Origin: Eledone cirrhosa
Lineage: Eukaryota
Length of the DNA stretch: 64,000 nucleotides
Assembly (NCBI GenBank): GCA_964016885.1
Contig: OZ024740.1
Location: 272,366,001-272,430,000, forward strand
Reading direction: 5' to 3'
The translations under genes were made by a program, and so were the position numbers. Below, piece by piece: positions 26,681 to 43,412 of the stretch (within the stretch, counting starts at the first letter, position 1; every line of letters starts with the position of its first letter). The notes below the pieces were generated by a model. It searched no databases. It worked only from the letters and a program-made list of their open reading frames with translations, and was not told the origin of the DNA.

Positions 26681-27984
26681 GTCATATATGTCATATATAT
26701 ATATATATATATACACATACATATATGTATATATATATACACATATGTATATGTATGTGTGTGTATGTGTGCGTGTTAGCAACTTAGATATACATACATG
26801 CACAGACACATATGTATATACGCATTTTATGTAGGCTCGTATGATTATAGAATGTAAATGATATATGGAGCTACGTCTTTACTGAATTTTTCCGCAATAA
26901 ATCAAACGATTGGAGTATTTACTTGGCGCCATTTTTAATCCGCTGTCTTCAGTTGAAAGTAACAAATATCTCTTTAATACTGTGATGGGAAAACGAAGTC
27001 GGAAGGAAACAATAAAGCCGGTTGGAGATCTTTCAATTTTGACTTATTTCTAATCTCATGAATAGATAGATAGCTTCGTTGACAAATAGTCCATGTAAAA
27101 CAAGATTAGTCATTAGGCAGTTCAGCATTGAGCTGAACTTTTCTGCTTGCTGTGTGTTAAGTTCAATAAGCTTTGCATTACTGGTTGTGGTAGTATTGTT
27201 GTTGTTATTGTCGTTGATATAGTTGTTGTTGCTGGTTTTGTCAGGTTTACTGTTAAACATGTGTGGATCAACGTTGTTCGAAAACCTATGAATTTGTTAC
27301 ACCCAGTTTTTTACTTCTCCAAATAGCTGAATTAAACATTAGAGATAAGGTTTTTAGCGTTCTCTCTAATTTTTGATAGTCTATAAACATAAAACTTGTA
27401 TAATGTGTAAACGAAAGTACAAGAATTTTCAGCGCAATCGTTTGGAGAGTATCATCATTTTCCTGTTTTTGAATTTTGAAGATGCAATTTAACGAACCAT
27501 GCGCCTGTTTTTAACAAGCCAAACGTTTTTGCTTAGGTAAATTTCATTTGTGCATTCATTATATAACATGCGCTAAACCACATGATGACTACAAACGACT
27601 AGAATATTTGCAAAATGTCTTGCTAGATGTGTTATAATATCTTTTTCATTGGTTTAATGTTCTCAGCTGATACCATTTGCGGTCGATTTAATAATTCCTC
27701 CGTCAGATACCGATAAAATAACTTTAAAAACCCAATAAAAATAACTGATATTTATTTTATCCGAAATTTTATCTTTTCTTAAAGGGTTTAGATCCATTGA
27801 AATATAATATTATTCTACTTAAAGACATATAAGAAGGACGTTTCACTAAATACAGAAGGACATTTCACTAAATTCCTTTTTAGTGTGTTTATTTGAAGAT
27901 CGTCTTTTTAATCTTATTTTTATACGATAACGACCATCTTTAATATGCACCCGCCTCTTGAAAAGTGTAGTAGTTGAAATGAAA

Positions 27985-28140
27985 TACGAGGGTCGGATAA
28001 AACATTGGATGAAACGTTTATAGGCTGACCAGCAGACTCTCATAGAATGACCAAATGAGATTTATTTTTCAACATAGTACTTATAAAAAAAACAAACAAT
28101 GCAGTTATTAATAAGAAGAGTTAAAATTAATGCATGCAAG
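27985..28140. mobile_element. Mariner-type MITE fragment
   Basis: tacgagggtcgg TIR-like start; internal sequence is the reverse complement of part of 40624-40818. Confidence 0.5.
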
Positions 28141-28378
28141 ATTTTATAGCACTAGCATCAATCCTTCATAATCAGCCTATAGATTTTTCTGCCAATTCTC
28201 GTAACTTCGACCAAAGTCAAAATTGCGTAACAAACGCGACTCTACTTTATTAATTGTTAAATTTTATTAATGTTCAATAAGCGTGACATACATAATTCCT
28301 GTCTTAAGTTAATAGTGGTAAACTTCCTATAAAATTTGTATTAATCTTTGTCCAAAGATATGGATAATATTGCAAAAT

Positions 28379-29266
28379 AATGGTTTCCTATTTAGGCACA
28401 AGACTAACAATTTTTGCGGATGAGAAAATCGATAAAATCGACCCTAGTGCGTTACTGGCACTTTATTTTATTAAATCAATAGGGATGAAAGACAAAGCTA
28501 ACCTCGGTGGGATTTGAACTTAGAAAGTAAAAGGACATAACTACATGCTGCAAAGTATTATGTCCGACGCTCTACCGACACTGCCAGTCAACTGCCCTAT
28601 TACAAAATAATAATGGTTTCTACTATAGGCACAAGGCCAGCAATGTTGGGGGAAAGGAAAGTCGATCAAATCGACACCAGTACGTTACTGGTGCTTTATT
28701 TTATCGAACCCCGTACGGATGAAAGGCAAAGTTAACCTCGGTGGGATTTGAACTCAGATCATAAAGGGCCGTAACTCTTTGCTGCAAAGCATGGCGTCCG
28801 ACCCTCTACCGAGACTGCCAATCCACCGCCCTTCTCTTAATGGTTTCTTATATAGGCCCAAGGCCAACAATTTTTGGGGAGAGGAAAATCGATTAAATTC
28901 CCCCAGTGCATGACTGGTACTTTATTTTATCGACCCCGTAAGGATGAAAATCAAAGTTAACCTCGGTGCGATTTGAACTCAGATCATAAAGGGCCGTAAC
29001 TCTATGCTGAAAAGCATGGTGTCCGACACCCTACCGATACTACCAATCCACCGCTCTATTACAAAATAGTAATAAAAAATAATTATTTCTACTTTTGACA
29101 CAAGGCCAGCGATTATTCAGTGTATTACTGGTACTTTATTTTATCGACCCCGTAAGGATGAAAGGCAAAGTTAACCTCGGCGGGATTTGAACTTAGACTG
29201 TAAAGGGACGTAACTCTATGCTGCAAAGCATGGTGTCCAACTCTCTACCGATACTGCCAATCTACC
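28379..29266 (-). mobile_element. Cluster of four head-to-tail SINE S1 copies
   Basis: About 28379-28598, 28612-28831 and 28839-29056 (long-tail subtype), 29081-29266 (short-tail subtype). Confidence 0.88.
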
Positions 29267-29554
29267 AAAAATAATAAAGTTAAGATAAATTCATAATGAC
29301 CAATTCTATATCTCAACAGTAGATAAGAACAGGCGCTCTGGAAAATACATACACACGAATTTGATGGTAATCTTTCTAGGTTGTCTCCGTTGATAAGAGC
29401 GGGGGAGGAGGCTGAACAATTAATAAGCCGGTGGTGGTAGTGGTGGGATTATTCGAGACCCCATAGTACGTTGTGTTGGTTGACTTGTTCTCGGTAAATT
29501 GTGCGAAAATAAAGTTTGTCACAACAACACAATATATTATAGGAAACACCGAGG

Positions 29555-29769
29555 GTGGTGGATTGGCAGTATCGGTAGAGAGTCGGGCACCATGCTTTGC
29601 AGCATAGAGTTACGGTCCTTTACGGTCTGAATTCAAATCCAGCCGAGGTTAACTTAGCCTTTCATCTTTACGGGGTCGATGGAATAAGGCACCAGTAATG
29701 TACTGGGGTCGATTTAATCGATTTTCCCCTACCCCCAAATTGCTGGCCTTGTCCCTATATAAGAAACCA
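29555..29769 (+). mobile_element. SINE S1 long-tail subtype
   Basis: Contains the ggggtcgatttaatcga insert and ends tataagaaacc. Confidence 0.88.
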
Positions 29770-30560
29770 TCATAGGAATCACAATATATTAGTTTGTCTG
29801 AAGAAGATGTAGAGTGTCCATCGCCTTCTTATGCCGACCCATTGCATAGTATGTTTGAGACAGACAGCTGTGGGGAAAAAGAGAGTTTTAAGAGAATAAT
29901 TTTAAGTTTAAACTTTTGAAGGTTGGTAAAGGTAAAGGTGAAAGATGGGGGTGAATGGTATTAACACGTAAAACGTTGGTGTAGTCAAAGACAGACACTC
30001 AACAGTATGCAGAAAGAATGAGAAATTAACATAGTGATCTACATAGAATCTAAGAAAATTCTAAAATTAAGGAAATTTAGACAAAAAAAAAAAAAGAAAT
30101 ATATACAAAAGCTTGATTCAACAAATAAAAGAAAAAGTAAAATGCGAAAGAAAGAAATATGAACGGAAAAAAAACAACACAAAAAACAAAACAAAAAATA
30201 AAACAGGATAAAGTGTTGAAAATTTAACAAAGCCTATGAATAAAATGGAAGAATAAAGTTTATTGAAAAGTTTTCAGAATCATTAATTGCTGACATTTCA
30301 AGATAATATAGAACATTCTCGAAACATCTTTTACATCTGTTGAAATTATGCGTAAAATCCAGCTACATCACACACAAGCGATTTTTTTTTCTTGAGTCGA
30401 GTGGTTTTAGATAAGGTAGCAAAACTTACCGTTCACAACCAGATGTTGCTTTTGTTTGCTCACCCTTGATTAACATATGCGCCTGCATTTGTGCATGCAT
30501 TAGTATGAGGATATACTCTATTATATATACATACTATACATATATATATATAGATATACT

Positions 30561-30624
<64 letters not shown>

Positions 30625-30693
30625 AAAAATACATTAACATACATATATATATATACATAAACACACCTATATATATATACACACACACATACA

Positions 30694-30740
<47 letters not shown>

Positions 30741-30866
30741 CTGTATCTATACTCTGTATATATGTATGTATATATATGTACATATACACATACACATATA
30801 TGATACACACACACACTCATACACACATATATATATACATATCTGTATCTATACTCTTTATATATG

Positions 30867-31009
<143 letters not shown>

Positions 31010-31388
31010 GCATGTATATATATATATATATACATACATATATATGTGTGCGCGTGTGTGTGTGTCGAGGTACGTGTGCAAGTGTGAGCGTGCGTGCGTG
31101 AACCTGTGTGCATATGTGTAAGTGACTATATGTGTGTATCCGTGTTTGCGTTAATCAGAAATGTGTGGCTCATCAGATCGAAGCAAGTAAACAATATCTT
31201 CCTTTATCTTTCGATTGCTAATTCTATTAGCCATCCACAACTCCTGGCACACAGAGCACCGTGATATAAAATATTTTGGTTGTGGACGCAACACGTCTCT
31301 CGATCAAGAAATCGAAATCATGATCCTGAATCCAACATCTTAACCCATAGGCTACGTGTGTTCAAACACACACACATATATATATATA

Positions 31389-31943
31389 CATGGTGGCTGC
31401 CAACTCGTTTTCGAGTACGGCCACTATTTTATATCCATGTAGGAGAACCCCTACCGATGCGCTGAACGAGTGTGACTTTTTAGTCCAGCCAGCAACTTGA
31501 AAGCTCTGGTACAAACACTACACTTGTGACAAATTATTGACACATAGTGCTGGGCCCAAGGTATCATGTGACGACAAGTGCAGAAAGATCTCCAGATATA
31601 AAGCAATGCCTGTGCCGTGAAGCTTTTATAGTGAGCAAAGGCACTGCACAAAGCCAGTCCCACTCTCTTAACCAAGATGATATTTACCAAAAAGAAGAAC
31701 AAGTCAACATCATTGGAAACCATCAGGGATGCAGGTGTTATATCAGAGTTTTCCTTCTCCTAGAATTCTGCCTTGACAAAGGCTAAGGGGTCATCTCTCC
31801 CGGTGATTTTGGATGGCCGACTCTTAAGAGCTCCTTTGCCCTTTGACAGGTTTTGTTTTTAGTCCTGCAGGATGTCCAAAGTCACCCTCCTCACCAAGAA
31901 ACCTTGGTGGGGTTGCCAGTTTAGTCGCCAACGACCCGACCAT
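31389..31943 (-). mobile_element. Non-autonomous RTE-like LINE derivative (about 550 bp)
   Basis: Colinear with 11995-12180 plus 12884-13289; encodes only the terminal C2H2-like peptide; microsatellite flanks. Confidence 0.7.
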
Positions 31944-31958
31944 ACATACATACATACA

Positions 31959-32060
<102 letters not shown>

Positions 32061-32094
32061 TATATATATTTATATATATATATATATATTTTTC

Positions 32095-32803
<709 letters not shown>

Positions 32804-32878
32804 ATCGGTTTCAACACACGTTTTCAGATAAAGAATTTTGCTAAACAAATTAAGAAACGAAATATATAAATATATATA

Positions 32879-33004
<126 letters not shown>

Positions 33005-33313
33005 TATATAATAAAATAACGACACAAACTCAACGCAAGAAAAGTTGTTCAACCAGCAAAATGCCTTCAATGACGATGTCCGGTAAAATTTACCTCGAGG
33101 ATAGAAATCAGCGCCTAGAAGTGTTTTGGCCCGCAGAAGAGGGGAGCAAAGGAAGAAAATGAACTAGACAAGATCACTCAAATATCATCTAACCTCTTCA
33201 GCTCAGCTCACATACCGGATGTACTTTCACACGGTTTAACTTGAGAATATTTTTGGTATATAATTTGAATTATATACCAAAAATATGCACATAACAACTA
33301 CAAGTACGGCACT

Positions 33314-33687
<374 letters not shown>

Positions 33688-33887
33688 TATATATATATTT
33701 ATATATAAATATAAATTCAGCGAGAATCGTATTTCGGCTGGTAGAAAAAGCGAAACGAAACACAAAATCGTATAAATATTGGCAAGCGCTCCAATAGTTA
33801 AGAAAACTAGAGCTAAACAATGTTAAAACGCCATACAAACTCAAAAAGTGGTCAAAAAACAAATGAAGCTAAACAGGTCAATATATA

Positions 33888-35215
33888 TAAATCAGGAAAG
33901 AAGGTTGACATGGTTTGCTATACAAAAAAGGTTTTTAATCTCATAGCTGACAATTGTTTCTCTGAACTGGTAGGTCTAGAGATCGCTATTCGCTTATTTT
34001 CACGTTACTCGATCGCCAATACAAAATTATAACCAGTCAGATCTTCGGAGCATGCGAGAATGAAGAAAATACACAAGCAAGAAAAGAATATACAGGCTAC
34101 TATATGAAGTAGTAATGGCATTCAATTAGAACAATAACAACAATTACAACAATGCTATTAATAAATTATTTGAGGAGACCCTGACATTACTTAGGTGGGG
34201 GGTATAATGTATCTAACGTTACGGCGTGTAAAACTAGCTGTCATGAGGCAAAAGTAAGAGTTTGGCATGTACAGAGTATCGAAGGGTGTATCAATTTTAA
34301 ATTATGAAGATAAGCTAATGTTTACAGTCTTTCTCTTCATCTTCAATAGTATACATGAGTGGGACAACACTGTCAAAGCTAAATAGTTGTTGAGTTAATA
34401 CAGAGGTTAACGAAGTAATATACGCATATATTTATACACACACACATACACACACACACATACACACACACACACATATATATATACACATGCATGTGTA
34501 CATAGACACATTCATACACATCAATATACACTCGTACAAAAATATACATACATGCAAAGAGATAAGCGTGCTAATTGTAATTATGGCAAAAGGAAGGTAA
34601 AGTTACATTGTAGTAGTGATTTGAGAAAAACAAGGATTTAGGATCAAATGATGGCAGCAGCTGAGAAGGAATAAGTTTGTGGGTAGATGAGGTACTTACA
34701 GACATTTGTGTGGTATAGACTTGTGAAGGATATAGTATACTTAATGAATATATTTCTGTGGGTAGTAGGTATCCTAATTTAAAGCTATGTTGTGTTGGTT
34801 CGATTCACGGAGGTTTGAATCTTATGAATTTAGTGGCAATTCTATGTCTGCAGAAGATAGATCTTTCTAACTTATTGTTAAGTAGCCTTTTTACATTTTT
34901 GAGGATATACATTAGCTCAAGATCACATAGCCCGCAGTGGGACATCCCACGATCTCTAGACCTACCAGTTCGGAGAAACAATTGTCAGCTATGAGATTAA
35001 AAACCTTTTTTGTATAGCAAACCATGTCAACCTTCTTTCCTGATTTATTATTACTCCAAGTGTTTACAACATAGGAATTACGGCATACCGGCAGCATCAC
35101 TATGAAAACGCCTTGTTGAGTCAAACCAAGCCAAGCGTTAATATCATCCACTACCTGGAATACCATAACTGGACTTTACCTAAGTGGACTGCATTTAACT
35201 ATTATTTGTTACCCC

Positions 35216-35217
<2 letters not shown>
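33888..35217 (-). mobile_element. 5'-truncated second copy of the PLE with inverted pLTR segment
   Basis: 33888-34941 is the reverse complement of about 15994-17098; 34950-35217 is the reverse complement of about 13378-13644; (TA)n on the right flank and a short TA run on the left. Confidence 0.92.
33942..34054 (-). ncRNA. Variant hammerhead (CCGAAGA core) in the second PLE copy
   Basis: Same fold as 16933-17045. Confidence 0.7.
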
Positions 35218-35278
<61 letters not shown>

Positions 35279-35461
35279 AGTATATACATATATATACATA
35301 TATATACATATATATACATATATATACATATATACATATATATATACATATATATATATATATGTGTGTGTGTGTATATATAGAAATACACATATTTGTA
35401 TATATATATTTATATATATATGTATATATATATGTGTGTGTGTGTGTATATATATATACAT

Positions 35462-35517
<56 letters not shown>

Positions 35518-35621
35518 GCACATATTTATATATATATGTATATATATATATATGTGTGTGTATATACACACACACACATATATTTATACATATATAAATA
35601 TATAATATGTGTATTTGTATT

Positions 35622-35661
<40 letters not shown>

Positions 35662-36202
35662 TACATACACACACTCGGACACACGCACGCATACTTACAC
35701 ACACACGCACGCACACACACACACACACACACAGACACACACACACACACACATATATAAATTTTAAAAACAATTACACAAAACCAACACCAACACCATA
35801 TATGGAAATAAGCAATATAACAACAACAACAACAACAACAACCACAACAACAAGAAAACCATAATATATTCCTTCCCTCTTTTACAGCAAAACCTCTAAC
35901 TTCTCTCCCCCATCTGAAAAGTTTGAAAAAAAGGTCCAAATACAATAAGGAAAAGAAAGTGTCACCTCTTTTCTCTATATCTTTCTCTTGTTCTCGCCAT
36001 CCATAATCTTCCAGTAAACAACATAAAAGAAAAATAGAACGAATGTTCTCTGCAAAATCCAAAACTCCAGCGCAAAATTTTCAATGGTTAATGAAGAGGT
36101 GTACTGATGTTATAGTTATCGTGGTCGTTGTTGTTGTCATTGTTGTTATTGTCATTGTTGTTGTTGTTGTTATTTCTGTTCTCCTTGTTATCTGTAAATA
36201 TG

Positions 36203-36246
<44 letters not shown>

Positions 36247-36486
36247 AATTTTTCAGCACTTTTCTTTATTTCTGCTGTAGTATATATTTTCTTCTTGTCC
36301 TCTGCATTCTCAGTTTTACTCGTTCCCAATTCTTCTTCTTCTTCTTCTTCTTCTTCTTCTTCTTCTTCTTCTTCTTCTTCTTCTTCTTGTCGCATGCATC
36401 TCTTCCCATATCGTAAAACGAGGGATGTAGTGTTATGAAGGGTTCATGAAGACGGTTTCAAAATACAAAAAAACACCCCTCCCCCC

Positions 36487-36524
<38 letters not shown>

Positions 36525-36936
36525 CAAAAAAAAAACAAAAAAACAAAAACAAACAAAAACAAAAAGAGAGAGAGACAACAAAATATCACAACAAGACAAC
36601 CGTCACCCATTACCCCAGCTTCCCCACCCATGTATACCAACGTGTGAATTTAATATGTAATCAATATGAACGATAGCAACGATAGCAAAGCGTAAATAAT
36701 TTACCATTATTTTTAGAGAGAATGCTGGATTTGTCTTGTCGTGCTGCCATGCAATATGATGATAGACCTTTGTTTTTTGGTAAGGAGGGGGGAGGGGGAA
36801 GAGGGGTGATGAGGTAGGAACAGAGGGTAGCTGGAGGAGTAGGAAGAGGCGGCGGTGGTCGAAGCAAAAAGCAAAAGCGCACGTCTGTGGGTGTGCATCA
36901 TCTGCGATGTGTGTGTATATATATGCATGTTTGTAT

Positions 36937-37610
<674 letters not shown>

Positions 37611-37759
37611 AATGGATATATAAGTGAGTGTTATGGTGTTAAGAGGAAAAGATAGAGATAGTGAAGGATAGTATTAATATATGAAAGAAGCGACTGATAG
37701 ATAGATAGATAGATAGAGAGATAGAGAGGGGGGAAACTAGAGAGAAAGAGAATGTGATA

Positions 37760-37801
<42 letters not shown>

Positions 37802-37838
37802 TAGATAGAGAGATAGAGATAGAGATAGATAGATATAT

Positions 37839-37869
<31 letters not shown>

Positions 37870-38185
37870 AAGAGGCATAGAGTAGCATTCAAGATATAGA
37901 TAAGATAGCCAAACAAAAAAAAAAAAAAAAATGTACGAAAAGACAAAAGAAGAACAACAAAAACCAGAGATATGTCTAATGGGAAATGAACGTATGGATT
38001 GATAGATTTTGAGATATATTAATGGACCTGTGTGTATACGTATGTTACATATACACATATACACATACCCATATATATATATATAAGCCTGGAAGAACAC
38101 AGTCACGCAAATAAATACTCACACAAACATATTACACACACATATACACTCACACTCGCTCACCATACATGTATATTTGTAAATG

Positions 38186-38255
<70 letters not shown>

Positions 38256-38358
38256 TATATATATATACATATATATATAAATGTATATATATATATATAT
38301 AAATATATGTATATGTATATATATATGTATATGTATATGTATATATATATATATGTAC

Positions 38359-38412
<54 letters not shown>

Positions 38413-38520
38413 GCATATATATATATACATATATATATAAATGTATATATATATATATATATATAAATATATGTATATGTATATATATATATGTATATGT
38501 ATATGTATATATATATGTAC

Positions 38521-38573
<53 letters not shown>

Positions 38574-38628
38574 TACATACATATAAATATATTTATACAT
38601 ATATATATATATACATATACATATAAAT

Positions 38629-38685
<57 letters not shown>

Positions 38686-38736
38686 TATATGTCGATAGAC
38701 ACACACACACAATCATACACATATATATATGCATAC

Positions 38737-38772
<36 letters not shown>

Positions 38773-38775
38773 ATA

Positions 38776-38814
<39 letters not shown>

Positions 38815-39161
38815 ATATGCACGTACATTGTAGATTGCGTGGGTAAATAGATTGCTGAAGATAGAATGATATAGAGGGGTAGATATGTTACTATAATATA
38901 CAAGTTAATGTATAAATGGTAGCACGAACAACAAATCTAACACGAATAAGAGATGGATAATTATATGATTAAGTATATGTATGCTTATATGTCCACCCCC
39001 TCTCTCTCTCTATATATATATATTTATGCACATATACATTTGCATATATATCTATATCTATATATGCAAGTATATATATGTATATATATGTACATGTATA
39101 TATACACTCATACTTGTGTATTATGATACACACACACACATATATATATATATTCACACAG

Positions 39162-39196
<35 letters not shown>

Positions 39197-39614
39197 ATTA
39201 ATGATGTGTTCTTAATATCTAAAAACAACAAAACTATACCGAAGAATGAACTAAACATGATACGGTGCCAAATATTTTTGTTTTTAATTTAAGATAAGAT
39301 TTGACTGTATCTAGGAAACTTCGCTAGAGAAGATGGAATAGAGTTTTGTTTCATAAAACGCCTTGACGAAGTTTCGAAATAAAGGCCAACGCCTCTTTCG
39401 TAAATATTCTCAAGGAATATCATAGTTCACCTAAATGAAGTGCTTTTGCCTCAGTGTTCTATCTATAGCCCCGACAAACTTTTATGTGAAGCAAATAAGG
39501 GCGAATTATGAATATATCGATAAAGAGAATTTTATCTTGTTAGGACTTTGCAATATTTCTTCACCTAGTTTGTGACACGTCAGCCAGAATAATGAATATT
39601 ATACAATGAATGTG

Positions 39615-39940
39615 ATATGCAAATTGGGCTACTCAGCCGTTAATATGCATAAGGTAAGTATATACGTTCAACAATCTGGCAGGAAGGTATACGTTGCTGA
39701 CGATAGCTAATAAGCTTGAAACTAGTACAGCGTTCCTTTGTCAGTGTTGAACAAACGAGCAACGATGGTTGCTGGACACTACGGCTTAATACGGGATGGT
39801 TGTTTACAAACACACCGAGCATTATAATAAATGTTCGGTGAATCCATACGTACATATATATATGTGTGCATGTATGTATATATATATACATACTACTGTA
39901 CGTCTGTATACATATATGTATGTACGTGTACATACTTATA
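39615..39940 (+). mobile_element. Family B unit, second copy
   Basis: Reverse complement of about 850-1192. Confidence 0.8.
39691..39733 (+). ncRNA. Type I hammerhead ribozyme (family B)
   Basis: acgttg CTGACGA t-agc-taataa-gct-t GAAA ctag TA cagcgt; stem I fully paired including one G-U. Confidence 0.75.
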
Positions 39941-40400
39941 TTAAACTATATATGTTTTCATTAAATTCTAAAATATTTGTGAATTTAGACTTGCTTCTTA
40001 AAACGCAACTTAAAAGTTTTTAACATAAATCTTTTGTCTCAAATCAAATCTAACTACAGGTAAGACAAAATCCAAAATATAAAATTATCTAATCTCATTA
40101 AATCGTTGAAACTGCAAGGGGTTGAGATCTGACGAGCGTATTTTAACGTTTGTGATCTATTCTCATTCATTCATTCTATTTCTTCCCTCCTATCTTCTCT
40201 TCTTCGAGTCAACTTACATCCAGCCGCTAATTTCTGTCCTTCGAGGTAATATTTTACCCAACACCACTTCGACGGTATTTTGCTGTTTTAACAGCTTCCA
40301 TCCGCCGAGATTTGCATTTTTCTACGAAAATTATTTTAATTTTGTTTAAATCTCAGTATATAAAATGAGCTATTAGCCAATATTATATTATATAATTTAT

Positions 40401-40590
40401 GGCGGTGGATTGGCAGTATCAGTAGAGAGTCGGACGCCATGCTTTCCAGCATAGTTACGTCCCTTTACGATCTGAGTTCAAATCCCGCCGAGGTTAACTT
40501 TGCCTTTCATCCTTACAGGGTCGATAAAATAAAGTACCAGTAATGTACTGGTGATAATTGCTGGCCTTGTGCCAAATGTAGAAACAATTA
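40401..40590 (+). mobile_element. SINE S1
   Basis: Full consensus match; TSD-like tattatataattta on both sides. Confidence 0.92.
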
Positions 40591-40623
40591 TATTATATAA
40601 TTTACTAAATTCTTATTATTATT

Positions 40624-40818
40624 CGAGGGTGGGCTGAAAAATTAATAGGCTGACTATAAAGGAATGATGCAAGATCTGTGAAATCTTGAATGTATTAATT
40701 TCAACTCTTCTTATTAATAACTGCATTTTTTCTTTCCAGAGAAGTTGAAAAATAAACCTCATTGGGTCATTCCTTTAAAGTATCATGGTCGTCTTATGAA
40801 CCTTTCGGCTGACCCTCG
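40624..40818. mobile_element. Tc1/mariner-type MITE
   Basis: TIRs cgagggtgggctgaaa / tttcggctgaccctcg followed by TA. Confidence 0.65.
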
Positions 40819-42140
40819 TATTTATGGTATAAGTGTTTTACTTTCTTTCACTTCTCTTCTTTTGTGAATTGGTGCATCTCTGTTGATATATTATGGACCA
40901 CTTACATGGTAATAAACAATAGTGAATGGCTTTTGAGTTGTGAAGATGACTGATTGAGTCCAGCTTCAGAAAAGTCTGAAAGAGAATTATTAAAAACAGT
41001 TTTATTCCACTCTCTATCTGAAAATCATCACTGTTACTTCAGCTATTATCCTACATTTCGAAATTGAAATATACGATTCTTAGTTCTTTACGTGTTATGC
41101 TTGAAGCATTGATTTCATTTCTTGCAATTCAAATTCAAAGAGACTATTACTAGATCTAAAGCTTATAGGATTTTATATACATAAATCATGTAGAATGTTA
41201 TAGAAATGAAACAAATAGTGAAAACTCACGTCGTAAAAACACGGAATGCTTTTCTACATCATTTATTTATCAACATTCTACATCCTTTTAATACAATTAA
41301 AAAAAAAATTCAAGTCTCTTTTGTGGTTATGAAAACGGAAAAGGAACAGAATGGCAAGGGCTATAGGGTCACAGAACAATGGGGAGGGAGAAGAGGGAGG
41401 GTGATTAGTTCTAGGCCTAGGGCGCAGCGATATTGGGTCAGCGCCCCGCGGACAAGACCTCAAAAGCATTCACGCGGAATATTTTTAAATATGAAGAAGT
41501 ATGAATCTTACATTTGTCATAAAAACTGATAAAATGGGACGGCTATCTTACACCTTTAGTAATCCATCCATTTTCATAAATCTGTAATAGTAGGCCACAA
41601 AACTTTAAAAATCACCAGGCCATGCTAGAGCTGCTTGTTAGCTTTAAAAGAGCTTCGTTATTTTTGATCTACAGCCCAACCCTTCATTTTCTCTCCACTT
41701 TCACCCAGTTAGGTTTTATTGTACACAAGTTATGCTTTGATTTCATCGCTTGCTGAAATCCTTTCTTATATTTACGGCAATTACGTCCAATTTTCTCAAA
41801 GATGGTTCAAAAAAGCCTTGCAACAACTTTGTTTAATATTTTCATTAGCAAATTGTATTTCTTGAACTTTATGAGCAGTTGTGTAGAGATTTCTACTCTC
41901 TGACTCTATTATGTTGAAGTAAGAACAATCTAAATATGTTAAACTTGAATAAAAATATAGATTGCTTGTTTCCACCAATTAAACAATATTATACTGTCAG
42001 TTAAAATTTTATGAAGGTGTCTTACCTCGATGATCACTGGCTTAAAACCAGTCAAATTTGGTATACAACTGATCACTAGTGTGTTTAAGTACATGGTCAA
42101 ACACTGTAAATTAATTTTCCTACTGACTTGCATTATGGAC

Positions 42141-42296
42141 GACATGCTTTTCAGCATAGAGTTATCTCCCTTTACGGTCTGATTTCAAATCCCGCCGAAG
42201 TTAACTTTGCCTTTCATCCTTACGGGGTCGATAAAATAACGTACCAGTAATGCACTGGAATAATTGCTGGCCTTGTGCTAAAAGTAGAAACAATTA
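42141..42296 (+). mobile_element. 5'-truncated SINE S1
   Basis: Body and tail match. Confidence 0.85.
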
Positions 42297-42576
42297 TTAT
42301 ATATGAACTATATACTATTGATATAAGTATGTACTTACTAATAACTTTGAGAAGCAGGTTTGTAGGTGAAATGTTTGGAGTTCATTTTATGGGGCACTGC
42401 AGCACTTAAACCATCCTTTTGCAGAAACCCAAACCCTGGCTTTATGCTTATAAATTGCAAGTATATTTTCTGGAATATTCTTTGGAATAAAATGCGATTT
42501 ATAAGCTGTTAAATACGTCATTCTACTCTGTGTTCAGTATAACAAGTAAACACGCACGCATATATGTTTGTATGAA

Positions 42577-42738
42577 GGCGGTGAATTGGCAGAGTCGTTA
42601 GAAACGTTGGATAGAATGCTTTGTGGTATTCGGTCCGGCTTTCTGCTTTCTTTGAGTTCAAATCCCGCCGGGGTCAACTTTGCCTTTGATTCTTTCGAGG
42701 TTTAAAAAAAAGTACCAGTCTAGTAATGGGGTCGATTC
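42577..42738 (+). mobile_element. Older, diverged S1-related SINE
   Basis: ggcggtgaattggcagagtcg, gagttcaaatcccgccggggtcaactttgccttt. Confidence 0.75.
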
Positions 42739-42792
42739 TTCCTCTGCATTTCTTTCTCACTTCCTCTCTGTCATTTTCTAAACTTCTCTGGA

Positions 42793-42930
42793 AGAAATCT
42801 GCTGTACTCAGGCCTGGAGAAGGATGGGCTCCGCCAGGCTTAAGATGCCCTATAAATTCTGTATGCTGCTACAGCGTCCCTATAGCTCCACCAGGAGTTA
42901 CGAGTCCACACCATACCATACCATACCATA
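42793..42930 (+). mobile_element. Short structured repeat with (CCATA)n tail, probable RTE-type 3' end
   Basis: Ends ctatagctccaccaggagttacg followed by (ccata)n; homologs at 9845-9975 and 43270-43412 on -. Confidence 0.5.
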
Positions 42931-43051
42931 TGTTTGTATAGCTGCATCCCTGTCTAGGACTGTTTATGCTTTTATGTTTACCGGTGATGCGTTGCTTTAT
43001 ATTAAAATTGTAACCTAGTGAATCGATACACAGAGTACGATAAAATAGATA

Positions 43052-43232
43052 GTTGTTTCTACTTTTGGCACAATGCCAGCAATTATCCAGTACATTACTG
43101 GTACTTTATTTTATCGACCCCGTAAGGATGAAAGGCAAAGTTAACCTCGACGGGATTTGAACTCAGACCGTAAAGGGACGTAACTATGCTGGAAAGCATG
43201 GCGTCCGACCCTCTACCGATACTGTCAATTCA
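43052..43232 (-). mobile_element. SINE S1
   Basis: Reverse complement of the consensus. Confidence 0.9.
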
Positions 43233-43269
43233 CATAGTGGAAGGAAATAAGTATTGGGATCAATGGCAA

Positions 43270-43412
43270 TACAACCATGATTGGTATCATATGGTCCCGT
43301 AACTCTTAATGGAGTCGTAGAGGCACCGTATTGATATACGGTGCTTCTAGGGCATTTTAAGCCTGGAAGAGTTCATCTCTCCCCAGACCTAGGTACAACA
43401 GATTTCGTCCAG
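43270..43412 (-). mobile_element. Same structured repeat as 42793-42930
   Basis: Shared taactc..gag, tagggcat.ttaagcctgg and acagatttc blocks. Confidence 0.5.

Noticed and set aside
27033-27290. 75-aa minus-strand ORF with Asn/Thr run, possible exon
   Set aside because: No recognisable motif and weak splice signals; cannot be supported
33090-33210. CTGAAGA on the minus strand in a (TA)n-flanked island
   Set aside because: No GAAA, stem III or NUH could be placed convincingly
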